A stretch of 64,000 nucleotides of DNA from Escherichia coli (GTDB lineage: Bacteria; Pseudomonadota; Gammaproteobacteria; Enterobacterales; Enterobacteriaceae), in the NCBI RefSeq assembly GCF_046105845.1, contig NZ_CP151004.1; one strand, written 5' to 3'. Numbering within the stretch: position 1 is the first letter of the stretch; each line of letters begins with the position of its first letter. Of the stretch, positions 1 to 10,400 are shown piece after piece. The notes beneath the pieces were generated by a model that saw only the letters and a program-made list of their open reading frames with translations, searched no databases and was not told where the DNA came from. The translations under genes were made by a program, and so were the position numbers.

Positions 1-86
1 GCTTCTGCCAGTCGCGAAAGACTCCAGCCGCGCTGCTGACGTAGTTGTTTAAGTGTGGTGGATAAAAAGCGAGTGAGATTTTCCAT
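1..86 (-). CDS. ydcN: HTH-type transcriptional regulator YdcN, N-terminal 28 codons only (gene runs off window start)
   Basis: Minus-strand reading from ATG at 86 gives MENLTRFLSTTLKQLRQQRGWSLSRLAE, matching the YdcN N-terminus from memory; truncated by window edge. Confidence 0.7.
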   Translation of the reverse strand, partial: MENLTRFLSTTLKQLRQQRGWSLSRLAE

Positions 87-177
87 GTGACTCCTCCGGC
101 AAAGCGGAAGTTTATCACTTGTGCGTTATAACGGACAAATGCTACGGTGCCTGTACGCTATAACGCACGAGGTGACC

Positions 178-1350
178 ATGCGTCTGTTTTCTATTCCTCC
201 ACCCACGCTACTGGCGGGGTTTCTGGCGGTATTAATTGGCTACGCCAGTTCAGCGGCAATAATCTGGCAAGCAGCGATTGTCGCCGGAGCCACCACTGCA
301 CAAATCTCTGGCTGGATGACGGCGCTGGGGCTGGCAATGGGCGTCAGTACGCTGGCTCTGACATTATGGTATCGCGTACCTGTTCTCACCGCATGGTCAA
401 CGCCTGGCGCGGCTTTGTTGGTCACCGGATTACAGGGACTAACACTTAACGAAGCCATCGGCGTTTTTATTGTCACCAACGCGTTAATAGTCCTCTGCGG
501 CATAACGGGACTCTTTGCTCGTCTGATGCGCATTATTCCGCACTCGCTTGCGGCGGCAATGCTTGCCGGGATTTTATTACGCTTTGGTTTACAGGCGTTT
601 GCCAGTCTGGATGGTCAATTTACGTTGTGTGGCAGTATGTTGCTGGTATGGCTGGCAACCAGGGCCGTTGCGCCGCGCTATGCGGTAATTGCCGCGATGA
701 TTATTGGGATCGTGATCGTTATCGCGCAAGGTGACGTTGTCACAACTGATGTTGTCTTTAAACCCGTTCTCCCCACTTATATTACCCCTGATTTTTCGTT
801 TGCTCACAGCCTGAGCGTTGCACTCCCCCTTTTTCTGGTGACGATGGCATCGCAAAACGCACCGGGTATCGCAGCAATGAAAGCAGCTGGATATTCGGCT
901 CCTGTTTCGCCATTAATTGTATTTACTGGATTGCTGGCACTGGTTTTTTCCCCTTTCGGCGTTTATTCCGTCGGCATTGCGGCAATCACCGCGGCTATTT
1001 GCCAAAGCCCGGAAGCGCATCCGGATAAAGATCAACGTTGGCTGGCAGCTGCCGTTGCCGGCATTTTCTATTTGCTCGCAGGTTTGTTTGGTAGTGCCAT
1101 TACCGGGATGATGGCTGCCCTGCCCGTAAGTTGGATCCAGATGCTGGCAGGTCTGGCGCTGTTAAGTACCATTGGCGGCAGTTTGTATCAGGCGCTGCAT
1201 AATGAGCGTGAGCGAGACGCGGCGGTGGTGGCATTTCTGGTAACGGCAAGTGGATTGACGCTGGTCGGGATTGGTTCTGCGTTCTGGGGATTAATTGCCG
1301 GAGGCGTTTGTTACGTGGTGTTGAATTTAATCGCTCACAGAAACCGATAA
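178..1350 (+). CDS. ydcO: BenE-family inner membrane transporter YdcO
   Basis: ORF 121..1350; internal ATG at 178 (MRLFSIPPPTLLAGF...) matches remembered YdcO start; highly hydrophobic multi-TM protein. Confidence 0.88.
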   Translation: MRLFSIPPPTLLAGFLAVLIGYASSAAIIWQAAIVAGATTAQISGWMTALGLAMGVSTLALTLWYRVPVLTAWSTPGAALLVTGLQGLTLNEAIGVFIVTNALIVLCGITGLFARLMRIIPHSLAAAMLAGILLRFGLQAFASLDGQFTLCGSMLLVWLATRAVAPRYAVIAAMIIGIVIVIAQGDVVTTDVVFKPVLPTYITPDFSFAHSLSVALPLFLVTMASQNAPGIAAMKAAGYSAPVSPLIVFTGLLALVFSPFGVYSVGIAAITAAICQSPEAHPDKDQRWLAAAVAGIFYLLAGLFGSAITGMMAALPVSWIQMLAGLALLSTIGGSLYQALHNERERDAAVVAFLVTASGLTLVGIGSAFWGLIAGGVCYVVLNLIAHRNR

Positions 1351-1351
1351 T

Positions 1352-1376
1352 AAAAAGCGCCATCTTACGATGGCGC
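1352..1376 (-). terminator. Hairpin (gcgccatc-ttac-gatggcgc) with T-run on minus strand; likely ydcL terminator
   Basis: 8-bp perfect stem directly after ydcL stop, A-run 1352-1356 on plus strand = T-run on minus. Confidence 0.55.
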
Positions 1377-1384
1377 GGCTGGAA

Positions 1385-2053
1385 TTACTTTTTGTTAACG
1401 TCAAACATAGTGGCATCGGTCGCCATGTCATCAATAACTTGTTTAATATTTTCGAAAGCCATTGGCGTACTTTCGTTATTCAGGTCTTTACCTTCGCCCT
1501 GACGAACGACTTTGATAACCGGTTTATTAGTCGCTGCATCAATCAGCTCACCTTCAAAATACAGGCGAGTATCCATGGTACGGTGGCCCGTCGCCATTTG
1601 CGTCCCCGCGACCACTAATGCGACAGGAACCACTTCATAGAATTGCAGCCCTTCTTTGCTGGTATCAACACCGGTAATGGCCCCACGGAAAATCAGACTA
1701 CGCGGCCCAGCGGTGGTAACCAGTGGTTTACGCTGCGCTATCGCTTCTTTCATTTCGGTGTTGGTATAGTTCAAAATTTTATCCAGAACTTTCTGCCCTA
1801 CCTGGGTAGAAGGTTTTGGCACCGGATAATAAGTGATTGGGTTCCAGACGATGCTGTCATATTTGCTTTGATCAAAACTCGGGTCTACCCAACGTAAAAC
1901 AGGTTTACCTGTTGCTGAGGTTGTTTCTTTTAAATCAGAGTAATTGTTTAAAAAACCAGAATATTTATCTGGCTGGGTGATTTTAGAGGCACAACCAGAC
2001 AGAGCCAACAAGCCGCATAAAGCTGCAACTTTCGCAAATGATGTGGTACGCAT
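1385..2053 (-). CDS. ydcL: Lipoprotein YdcL (signal peptide with lipobox LSGC)
   Basis: 222-aa ORF, N-terminus MRTTSFAKVAALCGLLALSGCAS typical lipoprotein signal; matches K-12 position between ydcO and tehB. Confidence 0.88.
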   Translation of the reverse strand: MRTTSFAKVAALCGLLALSGCASKITQPDKYSGFLNNYSDLKETTSATGKPVLRWVDPSFDQSKYDSIVWNPITYYPVPKPSTQVGQKVLDKILNYTNTEMKEAIAQRKPLVTTAGPRSLIFRGAITGVDTSKEGLQFYEVVPVALVVAGTQMATGHRTMDTRLYFEGELIDAATNKPVIKVVRQGEGKDLNNESTPMAFENIKQVIDDMATDATMFDVNKK

Positions 2054-2355
2054 GAATAGTTTCCTGAGATGATTATATTACTTTCTAAGTTATAGCAAAA
2101 AGCGCCGCTTCGTGTTGTGGCAAAAAAAGTGTTGGTGAAAATAAATTTTTTAGCCCCTTTTCAGACGACATAGTCAATGCCGAAAAAGGGGCTAAGTCAA
2201 TCATCAGTAGTTAAATTTCAGTAAGTTAAGCGGCTAAAAAACTTCGACTACTGTGATTAATTTCACATCCCTTCGATAAAAAATATGCTTACCGAAAAGA
2301 AGAACAGTAAACCATCTCAGCGTGGGGAATTTTCACGCGCTTTGTTCTTACCGGA

Positions 2356-2949
2356 TCATTTTTTACGTGCCAGCATCGTGGCGAAACGCAGTTTAATACG
2401 ATTACCGTTGGCGTCGGTGCGGTGCAGCTCGCCGACGTCTTCATTGTATTTCACCCTCTCCCAGCCTTCGTAATATCGACGTAATTCTCCCTCTTTGAAG
2501 GCAAACGGGAAGCCGACGGTACATGGATAATCAGCGGTATCCATCGCCGCCACAATCAGGTTGTAACCGCCAGGTTTCGTGCAACGTTGCATATTGGCAA
2601 TCAGCCCTGGGATGGTTTTAGCCTCAAGGAACATCAGCACCACAGTCGAAATAATAAAATCGTACTGTCCATCAAATGTGAGGTTATTCAGATCAACGAC
2701 CCGGGTGTGTAAATTATCCAGATTTTCAATGGACTTAATGCGCTCGACGTTGGCGATACTCATGGCATTTTTATCCCATGCGTCAACATCATAACCATTG
2801 GCTGCCAGGTAAAGACTGTTACGACCATTGCCACAGCCCAGATCCAGCGTTTTACCCGGTTTAACCACTTTCACCGCTTCCAGCACTTCAGAGTGTGTGC
2901 GGGTTAATTCATATTTATCAGTAAAATAGTTTTCATCACGAATGATCAT
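2356..2949 (-). CDS. tehB: Tellurite resistance SAM-dependent methyltransferase TehB
   Basis: 197-aa ORF with methyltransferase motif [15 protein letters not shown]; 4-bp ATGA overlap with upstream tehA. Confidence 0.93.
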   Translation of the reverse strand: MIIRDENYFTDKYELTRTHSEVLEAVKVVKPGKTLDLGCGNGRNSLYLAANGYDVDAWDKNAMSIANVERIKSIENLDNLHTRVVDLNNLTFDGQYDFIISTVVLMFLEAKTIPGLIANMQRCTKPGGYNLIVAAMDTADYPCTVGFPFAFKEGELRRYYEGWERVKYNEDVGELHRTDANGNRIKLRFATMLARKK

Positions 2950-3938
2950 TCTTTGTCCTCTGCTTTCATTAAAACGGCGCGCTCGGTTCTGACTAACAAT
3001 TTTCCCTGCATCAGAAGCGCAAAAGTACGGATGAGCAGTATTGCAATAATAAAATTGGTAAAGATAAACAGCGGCACCGCCAGCGTATGGAAAAATCCAT
3101 TATCGCTGCCACTCCCCAGATGCAAACCGGTGGTTGCCAGTGCAGATACGCCGAACGAGAAACTCCAGAATGAAGCATTAAATGGCTGGGAGAGATACCA
3201 TGGCATCAGACGTAGCATAAACAGCAGTTGCAGCAGTCCATAACCGAAAAGCATTTTCGCCAGCGTGTCACCCTCGCCGCCGTTGACGCTCAGCCAGGCA
3301 CTACAGGCCACCAGCGCAGGAGCGAGCTGAATGCCGAGTGATGTCCGCAGCGCCGTGGGTAATTCTCCCGAACTGCGCAGACGCTGCAAGATCACCGGTT
3401 CAAGGCTTAGCCATGAGAAAACGCCTGCGCCTAAAAACACCAGACCGGCGTCGGTGTAGCCCAACGCACCACAGGCCATTGCGCTGATAAAGTTGTTGGC
3501 AACTGTCGGCAGATACAGTCCAGGCGTGGTAGCTTCTTCAGGATGAGATCCGCGCCATAATCCCGCAGTTTGCCAGGCGGCATAAGCCAACTGTACAACG
3601 ACACCAAAACTGAACAGGCATACCGCCAGTGGGCGAAACCACGGAACAAAACCAATCGCCACCAGCATCGTCGTTGCCGGAAACAAACTCACAAAACTGC
3701 TCAGCACTGGATGGCGAACTTCCGCCAGCACGCTATGCGGAAAGCGTATGAGTCGGGTAATAAATGCGCTAGTCAATAATCCCCAGATGATCATCGCCAG
3801 AATCACCAGCCCATCCCCTAACCAGTGGCTGACCTGCCAAACCTGGCTGGCATAGCGCCAGGCAAATCCCATCCCTATCGTCCCCAACACAATACCAAAG
3901 TAGCCTGCCGGCAAATTGAGCACTTTATCGCTCTGCAT
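2946..3938 (-). CDS. tehA: Tellurite resistance / dicarboxylate-transporter-family membrane protein TehA
   Basis: ORF track gives 366 aa; remembered TehA start [15 protein letters not shown] corresponds to ATG at 3938 (330 aa). Confidence 0.9.
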   Translation of the reverse strand: MQSDKVLNLPAGYFGIVLGTIGMGFAWRYASQVWQVSHWLGDGLVILAMIIWGLLTSAFITRLIRFPHSVLAEVRHPVLSSFVSLFPATTMLVAIGFVPWFRPLAVCLFSFGVVVQLAYAAWQTAGLWRGSHPEEATTPGLYLPTVANNFISAMACGALGYTDAGLVFLGAGVFSWLSLEPVILQRLRSSGELPTALRTSLGIQLAPALVACSAWLSVNGGEGDTLAKMLFGYGLLQLLFMLRLMPWYLSQPFNASFWSFSFGVSALATTGLHLGSGSDNGFFHTLAVPLFIFTNFIIAILLIRTFALLMQGKLLVRTERAVLMKAEDKE

Positions 3939-4061
3939 CTTCTTACTCATTTTGTTTAATTTATAAAGTATATTTGAAATGCATTTTATGGAATTTTCTC
4001 GAGCATAGCCAGAGCCGCAGAATTTGCTACGGTTATAGTAAGTCACCTGTGGGAAAACGCT

Positions 4062-5042
4062 ATGCGCAAATATCGTCTAAGTGAAGAACAGCGAGCCTTT
4101 AGTTATCAGGAAGATGGCACTAAAAAAAGTGTGTTATTACGGCAAATTATCGCCATTAGCGATTTTAACGATGTGATAGCAGGAACCGCTGGCGGCTGGA
4201 TCGATCGCGAAACGGTGTTAGCACAGGAAGGAAATTGCTGGATTTACGACCAGAATGCTATTGCGTTCGGCGGAACGGTGATATCCGGGAATACGCGTAT
4301 CACCGGCACCAGCGTGCTGTGGGGAGAGGTTTACGCAACGGATAATGTCTGGATCGATAATAGTGAAATCAGCCAGGGTGCATATATAAGTGACAGTGTC
4401 ACCATTAGTGACTCATTAGTTTGCGGTCAATGTAGAATATTTGGTCACGCCTTAATTGATCAACATTCTATGATCGTCGCCGCACAAGGCTTAACGCCCG
4501 ACCATCAACTCCTGCTACAAATTTATGATCGCGCGAGGGTTAGCGCCTCGCGTATTGTCCACCAGGCACAAATTTATGGCGATGCCGTCGTCCGGTATGC
4601 TTTTATTGAACATCGCGCCGAAGTTTTTGATTTTGCCAGTATTGAAGGTAATGAAGAGAACAACGTCTGGCTATGCGATTGCGCTAAAGTTTACGGTCAC
4701 GCGCAGGTGAAAGCTGGCATAGAAGAAGATGCCATTCCGACGATTCATTACAGTTCACAGGTGGCGGAATATGCCATTGTGGAAGGTAATTGTGTGTTAA
4801 AACATCATGTCTTGATTGGCGGAAATGCCGTGGTATGTGGCGGACCGATTCTGCTCGACGAGCACGTTGTCATACAAGGTGAGAGCCGTATTACAGGTGC
4901 GGTGATAATTGAAAACCATGTGGAGTTAACCGACCACGCCGTCGTTGAAGCCTTTGATGGCGACACGGTTCATGTCCGTGGCCCAAAAGTCATTAACGGC
5001 GAGGAGCGCATTACGCGAACGCCGCTGGCAGGGTTATTGTGA
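4062..5042 (+). CDS. ydcK: Uncharacterized hexapeptide-repeat protein YdcK
   Basis: 326-aa ORF, repetitive left-handed beta-helix-like sequence; K-12 synteny. Confidence 0.85.
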   Translation: MRKYRLSEEQRAFSYQEDGTKKSVLLRQIIAISDFNDVIAGTAGGWIDRETVLAQEGNCWIYDQNAIAFGGTVISGNTRITGTSVLWGEVYATDNVWIDNSEISQGAYISDSVTISDSLVCGQCRIFGHALIDQHSMIVAAQGLTPDHQLLLQIYDRARVSASRIVHQAQIYGDAVVRYAFIEHRAEVFDFASIEGNEENNVWLCDCAKVYGHAQVKAGIEEDAIPTIHYSSQVAEYAIVEGNCVLKHHVLIGGNAVVCGGPILLDEHVVIQGESRITGAVIIENHVELTDHAVVEAFDGDTVHVRGPKVINGEERITRTPLAGLL

Positions 5043-5573
5043 ATCGATAATACGCGCGTATAAGTTCACATCATCATAGGCATCATTCAGGAACTCAGCC
5101 TGTTTCAGACAACCTTCAAGGATAAAACCATTGCGCAAAGCGACTTGGTTGCTTTGCGCATTGTCCACCCGACATTTGATCACGAAGCGTCTAAGTTCAC
5201 CAGACTGAGCGTAATGATGAATCAATGCCTTCAGCGCCTGAGAAATGATCCCCTGCCCCTGATGAGATTCGTCCAGCCAGTAGCCGATTTCAGCGGTTTT
5301 ATTCAGTGGTTCAATACGATTAAACGAGATAACGCCGATAAGTTCATCTTCTTTGAAAATCATGAACATTTTGGCATAGCCGCGTTGATGCAACATCACA
5401 TTACCCTGCACCGTTTTTCGCGTGTCCTCTTCACTCTGAACAAACTGCGGCCAGTTTAGCGACTGCTGTAACCAGGTTTTATTTTTACAGATTAACTGAT
5501 AAAGAGGTATGACATGACTTTCTGCAACAGCATGTAATTCAAGTGATTCACTTACTTTTATCGTTTCAGTCAT
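5034..5573 (-). CDS. rimL: Ribosomal-protein-L7/L12 serine N-acetyltransferase RimL
   Basis: GNAT-family ORF; start trimmed to [10 protein letters not shown] (179 aa); 3' end overlaps ydcK 3' end by 9 bp. Confidence 0.88.
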   Translation of the reverse strand: MTETIKVSESLELHAVAESHVIPLYQLICKNKTWLQQSLNWPQFVQSEEDTRKTVQGNVMLHQRGYAKMFMIFKEDELIGVISFNRIEPLNKTAEIGYWLDESHQGQGIISQALKALIHHYAQSGELRRFVIKCRVDNAQSNQVALRNGFILEGCLKQAEFLNDAYDDVNLYARIIDSQ

Positions 5574-5635
5574 CTTATCTCCAGTCAATCCATGCAGTTG
5601 TTAAAAAAGCCGCCTGGTTGGCGGCTTAGGAAAGT

Positions 5636-5860
5636 TTACACCTCTTTGACGCTCTCCTGCTGCAGGATTTTGAGCATCTCATCTTTTAACTGTAACTTTT
5701 GTTTTTTCATGCGGACCACTTCCGCATTGTACCCTCGACCGTCGGAACCTTCCTTTCTGGCAATTTCATGATCAAGTTTATTGTGTTTATCGAACAAGGA
5801 CATAAAGCGAGGATTTTCGTTTTTCAGACGGGATATTAAATCTCGGTATTCTGGAAACAT
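5636..5860 (-). CDS. ydcH: DUF465-like small protein YdcH
   Basis: 74-aa product from MFPEYRDLISRLK...; K-12 synteny. Confidence 0.8.
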   Translation of the reverse strand: MFPEYRDLISRLKNENPRFMSLFDKHNKLDHEIARKEGSDGRGYNAEVVRMKKQKLQLKDEMLKILQQESVKEV

Positions 5861-5999
5861 ACGCACTCCCTGTTAGTGGCTGACAAGGTGTATCTGAAAT
5901 ACACACTATCAGATTACTCATTTAACTTAGGGAAAAATGCGAGCGGGATCGTGTTTAACCAGACGGCACCTCCCGAAGAAGGTGCCGAAGAAAAAACGA

Positions 6000-7655
6000 T
6001 TAACTCATCACGCGGTCGTCAACATACTGACGTTTATCCGGCGCTGGCGGGAAATACTGATACAGCCATGTTTCACTGATAGCGTCGCCCTGACAACGCA
6101 GATACATCCGCATATCGACCGGATCAGTGGAGTCCGAAGTCGGATACCAGTCAAACTGAATACGATAACCATCAATGGGTTCAATATAGAGAATTTCGAT
6201 TTGCTTCGCTTCCCCACTGGAAAGCGTAATCACCGGCTCAATGCCTTTTGGTGCGGCAGCTTTCAGATCACCACCAACGAAATCGACGGCAAAACGACGC
6301 GCCCATTTTTCGGGATAGTGTTCACCTGGCGCCCAACCTTCCGGGAAACCGCCCATGCCGGTACGCGTCGCCATAACGCGCGCTAATGGGCAATGAACAG
6401 GCGGTTGCCCACTCCAGTACAGACGATACTGGAATGCAAACTCATCACCCGCTTTTACAGCTTTTTCTGGCTGCCAGAAGCAGACAATGTTATCCAGCGT
6501 TTCGCCCGTTGTTGGGATTTCCATCAGGCCGATGGTGCCCTTACCCCACTTGTTACGCGGTTCCACCCACAGACTTGGGCGTTTGTTATACCAGCCCATA
6601 ATGTCCTGATAATGAGAGAAATCACGATCCAGTTGCAATAAACCAAACCCTTTCGGGTTGTTGTCGGTGTAAGCATTGAACTGCAATTTTTGCGGATTGT
6701 TCAGCGGACGGCAAATCCACTCGCCGTTGCCCCGCCACATGGACAGACGATCAGAGTCATGGATTTGCGGATGAATGGTGTCGCACATCCGACGTTCATT
6801 AGTACCGCAGCTGAACATGCTGGTCATCGGCGCAATGCCCAGCTGTTTAATGTCTTTGCGCGCATACAGGTGATTTTCCACATCCATAATCACCTGACTT
6901 TTCTCACAATGGATAGTGAACTTATAGGCACCAGTAATGCTGGCGCTATCGAGCAACGCATAAACGGTAAAGGTGGTTGCCCCCGGTTTTACCGTATCAA
7001 ACCAGAAGGCGGTAAAGTCGGGGAATTCTTCTTTACTGTCGGTGTAAGTGTCGATCGCCAGGCCGCGAGCCGATAGACCGTATTGATATGTATCATCAAC
7101 CGCGCGGAAATAACTCGCGCCGAGGAATGATACGACATCACGGCGCGCCAGTTCGGGGGCTTTAAACACGCGAAAACCGGCAAAACCGAGATCACTTTGC
7201 CCTTCTAATTGTTTGGTATCAACACCCGCATCGTTGTATTTGAACAACTCCGGGCGAAAGTGAATTTCACGCGCCAGATGTGTTGCGGGATCAACAGAAA
7301 ACATACGAACGCGGCGACGGAATCCCATTCCCATATGGAAGAACTGAGCGTCCAGTTGACGGTTCTCAACGTTATGCCAGAGCGATTTTTCGGCGTCGTA
7401 TTGAATACTGTTATAAGCCTGCGGCGTCATTGTCGCCAGAGTGTCAGGTAACGGACGCGGCGCACCACGCCACGCGGTTTGCGCTAAGTCGTGCGCCATT
7501 GACTGTAGAATGGAGAAGTCAAAACGCTGGGTTTGCCCGTCGGCAATATCAGAATCTGCCGCGAATGCCGCCTGAGAAAAAAGAGAAGCAATGCCGCTGG
7601 TACCGCACACGGCGGCCATAGCCATTGAACCTTTAATAAATCGTCTACGATCCAT
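6000..7655 (-). CDS. opgD: Glucans biosynthesis protein D (OpgD/MdoD), Tat-exported
   Basis: 551-aa ORF; N-terminal twin-arginine motif DRRRFIKG; matches OpgD. Confidence 0.93.
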   Translation of the reverse strand: MDRRRFIKGSMAMAAVCGTSGIASLFSQAAFAADSDIADGQTQRFDFSILQSMAHDLAQTAWRGAPRPLPDTLATMTPQAYNSIQYDAEKSLWHNVENRQLDAQFFHMGMGFRRRVRMFSVDPATHLAREIHFRPELFKYNDAGVDTKQLEGQSDLGFAGFRVFKAPELARRDVVSFLGASYFRAVDDTYQYGLSARGLAIDTYTDSKEEFPDFTAFWFDTVKPGATTFTVYALLDSASITGAYKFTIHCEKSQVIMDVENHLYARKDIKQLGIAPMTSMFSCGTNERRMCDTIHPQIHDSDRLSMWRGNGEWICRPLNNPQKLQFNAYTDNNPKGFGLLQLDRDFSHYQDIMGWYNKRPSLWVEPRNKWGKGTIGLMEIPTTGETLDNIVCFWQPEKAVKAGDEFAFQYRLYWSGQPPVHCPLARVMATRTGMGGFPEGWAPGEHYPEKWARRFAVDFVGGDLKAAAPKGIEPVITLSSGEAKQIEILYIEPIDGYRIQFDWYPTSDSTDPVDMRMYLRCQGDAISETWLYQYFPPAPDKRQYVDDRVMS

Positions 7656-7879
7656 ACCTGAAAGTGAGTCCTTCTGGTGTTGTGAATGGTCCCGCGCTGG
7701 TCGTTTTCAGCGGCAAGAAAGTGCTTATTTATGACCGCTCACTCTAGACAATATTTATTAATAATCCAATTGTTGAACTGAGAGAATATGCATAAATCGG
7801 CAATTTTTTTATGTCGATGGGATGAGCCTGATTCGTTTGTAAAATCAGGCAAATTTTTGCAAAGGCGGATGGTCAGAAT

Positions 7880-9223
7880 TTAAAGCAAACCACAGCGACG
7901 TTTACTGCGTTCTTCCGCTTCCTGATAAAGCTGGAACTCATCCATAACCGGGCAGCCCAACGCCTGCTCAAATGCTTCGCGACTGGCATTACCGTGACTG
8001 CGTGCCTGCGTTTCATTACCCAGATTTGACTGGAAGATCCCCGCCGCGCTAACAGGCAAGAAATCTTCATAGGTAATGGGTTGCGCCACTACCCAACCAC
8101 GTTCAATTAAGGGCTGTGGATCGTCTCCGGGATGAATCGCCTGACGATGCGCCTCACCCGAAGGCGTCAGACGGTACCGGAACCATGCCAGCCCTTGCTG
8201 ACGCATTAAAAACTCACTATCAGGAAAAGCGCGGAAGGTTTCCTGTAAATGCATTTGGTGAGTGAGATTATCCTGCCCGGTTCCAGCGTTCCGCAGTAGA
8301 TCATCATACAGTTGTCGTCCTTTCGGCGTTAATGCCACGCCACGCTGCTCTATTTCACCAAAGCGCGCGGTATGCGTGCCCTGTTTCTGCCCTGCAAACA
8401 ACACCGTCTCTTCCAGTGCTTTAAAGCTGGTCTGGCGTAGTAAAATCGGTACCTCGCGGCGCGGCGGCCCTTCGATCAGAATTTTGGGTTCAATCCCGCA
8501 TTCAGGCATCATCGACTGCACCCGGTCAATATCCAGCGTACGTGGCGTCAGGTGGTTGATATGGCATCCAGGAAAACAGACCACATCAGCAATCAACCGA
8601 TGTTCGTTGTGCAAGGCGCGATAGGTTTCTTCATCTACCGTTGCTGACTGGTGCCAACGAAACGTTTCCAGGGCTTCCTGCACAAACTCCTGTGCCTGTG
8701 TTTCGTTAAAACCGCCCCGCTGCTCATATTCCTCTAACAGTTGTCGACAACGTGGGGTGAAGATATCGCGCTGACGCAGAATCTCCGCCGCTTTCTGGCG
8801 CAAAATTTCGTTCTCGATAAGCTCAAGGCGGAGTAATGAAGTAAAAACGCGGAAGGGATTACGCGCCAGAGAAGCATCATCAATGGGCCGAAATGCTGTC
8901 GAATGTACCGGCACCCCCGCCTGCGAGAGATCGTAATAGCTCACCGGGTACATCCCCATAATGGCAAACATCCGCCGAAGAGTAGCAAGCTCTTGTGCAG
9001 TCCCAACACGAATCGCCCCATGACGTTCAACATTCAGTCGCGCCAGCTCGTCTGCATTTACCATTTTTTCGTGCAGTTGAGGATTGTTTTCCAGCACAGC
9101 CAGATTCACATCAGCTACCAGTTCCAGCAGCGTGCCGTACTGCGGAACTTCTTGCTGGTACATGGCTGACATTGCCTGCGAAAACTGTTCCCGAATCTCA
9201 TCCGCCGTGATGCTGTTCGCCAT
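7880..9223 (-). CDS. ydcJ: DUF1338-family protein YdcJ
   Basis: 447-aa ORF, K-12 synteny and length match. Confidence 0.88.
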   Translation of the reverse strand: MANSITADEIREQFSQAMSAMYQQEVPQYGTLLELVADVNLAVLENNPQLHEKMVNADELARLNVERHGAIRVGTAQELATLRRMFAIMGMYPVSYYDLSQAGVPVHSTAFRPIDDASLARNPFRVFTSLLRLELIENEILRQKAAEILRQRDIFTPRCRQLLEEYEQRGGFNETQAQEFVQEALETFRWHQSATVDEETYRALHNEHRLIADVVCFPGCHINHLTPRTLDIDRVQSMMPECGIEPKILIEGPPRREVPILLRQTSFKALEETVLFAGQKQGTHTARFGEIEQRGVALTPKGRQLYDDLLRNAGTGQDNLTHQMHLQETFRAFPDSEFLMRQQGLAWFRYRLTPSGEAHRQAIHPGDDPQPLIERGWVVAQPITYEDFLPVSAAGIFQSNLGNETQARSHGNASREAFEQALGCPVMDEFQLYQEAEERSKRRCGLL

Positions 9224-9439
9224 AGTATCTGCCTCCAGTGGTCAGTAATCTGGAGTGTAGGTAACCGCATTCACTCCGGCGGGAAGAATTTACAAACTGT
9301 GATCTCGCCGCGAAAACATCAATATTATCCATTTTGCTGTAACATAATTGCTTTAATTGTTAATAATATTTTGCAATCAAGTTATCATAATCAAACAACT
9401 TCACTTGTCAGCGACACCGCTTCGTTTTTAACATCGCTT

Positions 9440-10363
9440 ATGGAAAAAAATAGTCTGTTTAGTCAGCGCATCCGTTTGCGCCACCTTCATACATTCGTAG
9501 CTGTCGCACAACAAGGAACTTTGGGGCGCGCGGCTGAAACCCTTAATTTGAGTCAACCTGCGCTCTCTAAGACATTGAATGAACTGGAGCAACTGACGGG
9601 CGCTCGCTTGTTTGAGCGTGGTCGTCAGGGGGCGCAACTTACCTTACCCGGCGAACAATTTTTAACGCATGCAGTCAGAGTTCTTGACGCCATCAACACT
9701 GCCGGACAGTCGCTTCATCGTAAAGAAGGTCTTAATAATGATGTCGTCAGGGTTGGTGCACTACCTACTGCGGCACTGGGGATATTACCTTCGGTTATAG
9801 GTCAGTTTCATCAGCAACAAAAAGAGACGACCTTGCAAGTTGCAACAATGAGTAACCCTATGATTCTGGCAGGTTTAAAAACCGGGGAAATCGATATCGG
9901 CATTGGTCGGATGTCAGATCCTGAACTGATGACCGGGCTTAATTACGAACTGCTGTTTCTTGAATCGCTGAAGCTGGTTGTCCGCCCTAATCACCCGCTA
10001 CTTCAGGAGAACGTAACGCTAAGCCGGGTGCTGGAATGGCCGGTTGTTGTATCACCAGAAGGCACTGCGCCACGCCAGCATTCAGATGCATTAGTGCAGA
10101 GCCAGGGCTGTAAAATTCCTTCGGGCTGTATCGAAACACTGTCTGCTTCTCTATCTCGTCAACTTACGGTTGAATACGACTACGTGTGGTTTGTCCCTTC
10201 TGGCGCTGTAAAAGACGACCTGCGTCATGCCACGCTGGTGGCCCTACCTGTTCCGGGTCATGGTGCAGGCGAACCGATTGGAATACTGACCCGCGTAGAT
10301 GCGACGTTCTCTTCTGGTTGCCAGTTGATGATTAACGCTATTCGAAAATCAATGCCGTTCTGA
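9440..10363 (+). CDS. ydcI: LysR-family transcriptional regulator YdcI
   Basis: ORF track start over-extended; ATG at 9440 (MEKNSLFSQRIRLRHLHTFVAVAQQGTLGRAAE, LysR HTH) gives 307 aa. Confidence 0.9.
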   Translation: MEKNSLFSQRIRLRHLHTFVAVAQQGTLGRAAETLNLSQPALSKTLNELEQLTGARLFERGRQGAQLTLPGEQFLTHAVRVLDAINTAGQSLHRKEGLNNDVVRVGALPTAALGILPSVIGQFHQQQKETTLQVATMSNPMILAGLKTGEIDIGIGRMSDPELMTGLNYELLFLESLKLVVRPNHPLLQENVTLSRVLEWPVVVSPEGTAPRQHSDALVQSQGCKIPSGCIETLSASLSRQLTVEYDYVWFVPSGAVKDDLRHATLVALPVPGHGAGEPIGILTRVDATFSSGCQLMINAIRKSMPF

Positions 10364-10368
10364 AAGGT

Positions 10369-10392
10369 GAAGGGATCTGTCGATCCCTCCTT
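10369..10392. terminator. Hairpin between convergent ydcI and trg (agggatc-tgtc-gatccct)
   Basis: 7-bp stem in 37-bp convergent intergenic region; weak T-runs. Confidence 0.4.
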
Positions 10393-10400
10393 AAACATTT

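Noticed and set aside
2946-4046. Extended N-termini given by the ORF track for tehA, ydcI, cybB, fnr, uspE, uspF, dgcM, mpaA, ycjG, tyrR, abgA, abgT, mppA and others
   Set aside because: Longest-ORF starts run into upstream intergenic or neighbouring-gene sequence; internal ATG/GTG codons with SD and matching known protein N-termini were used instead.
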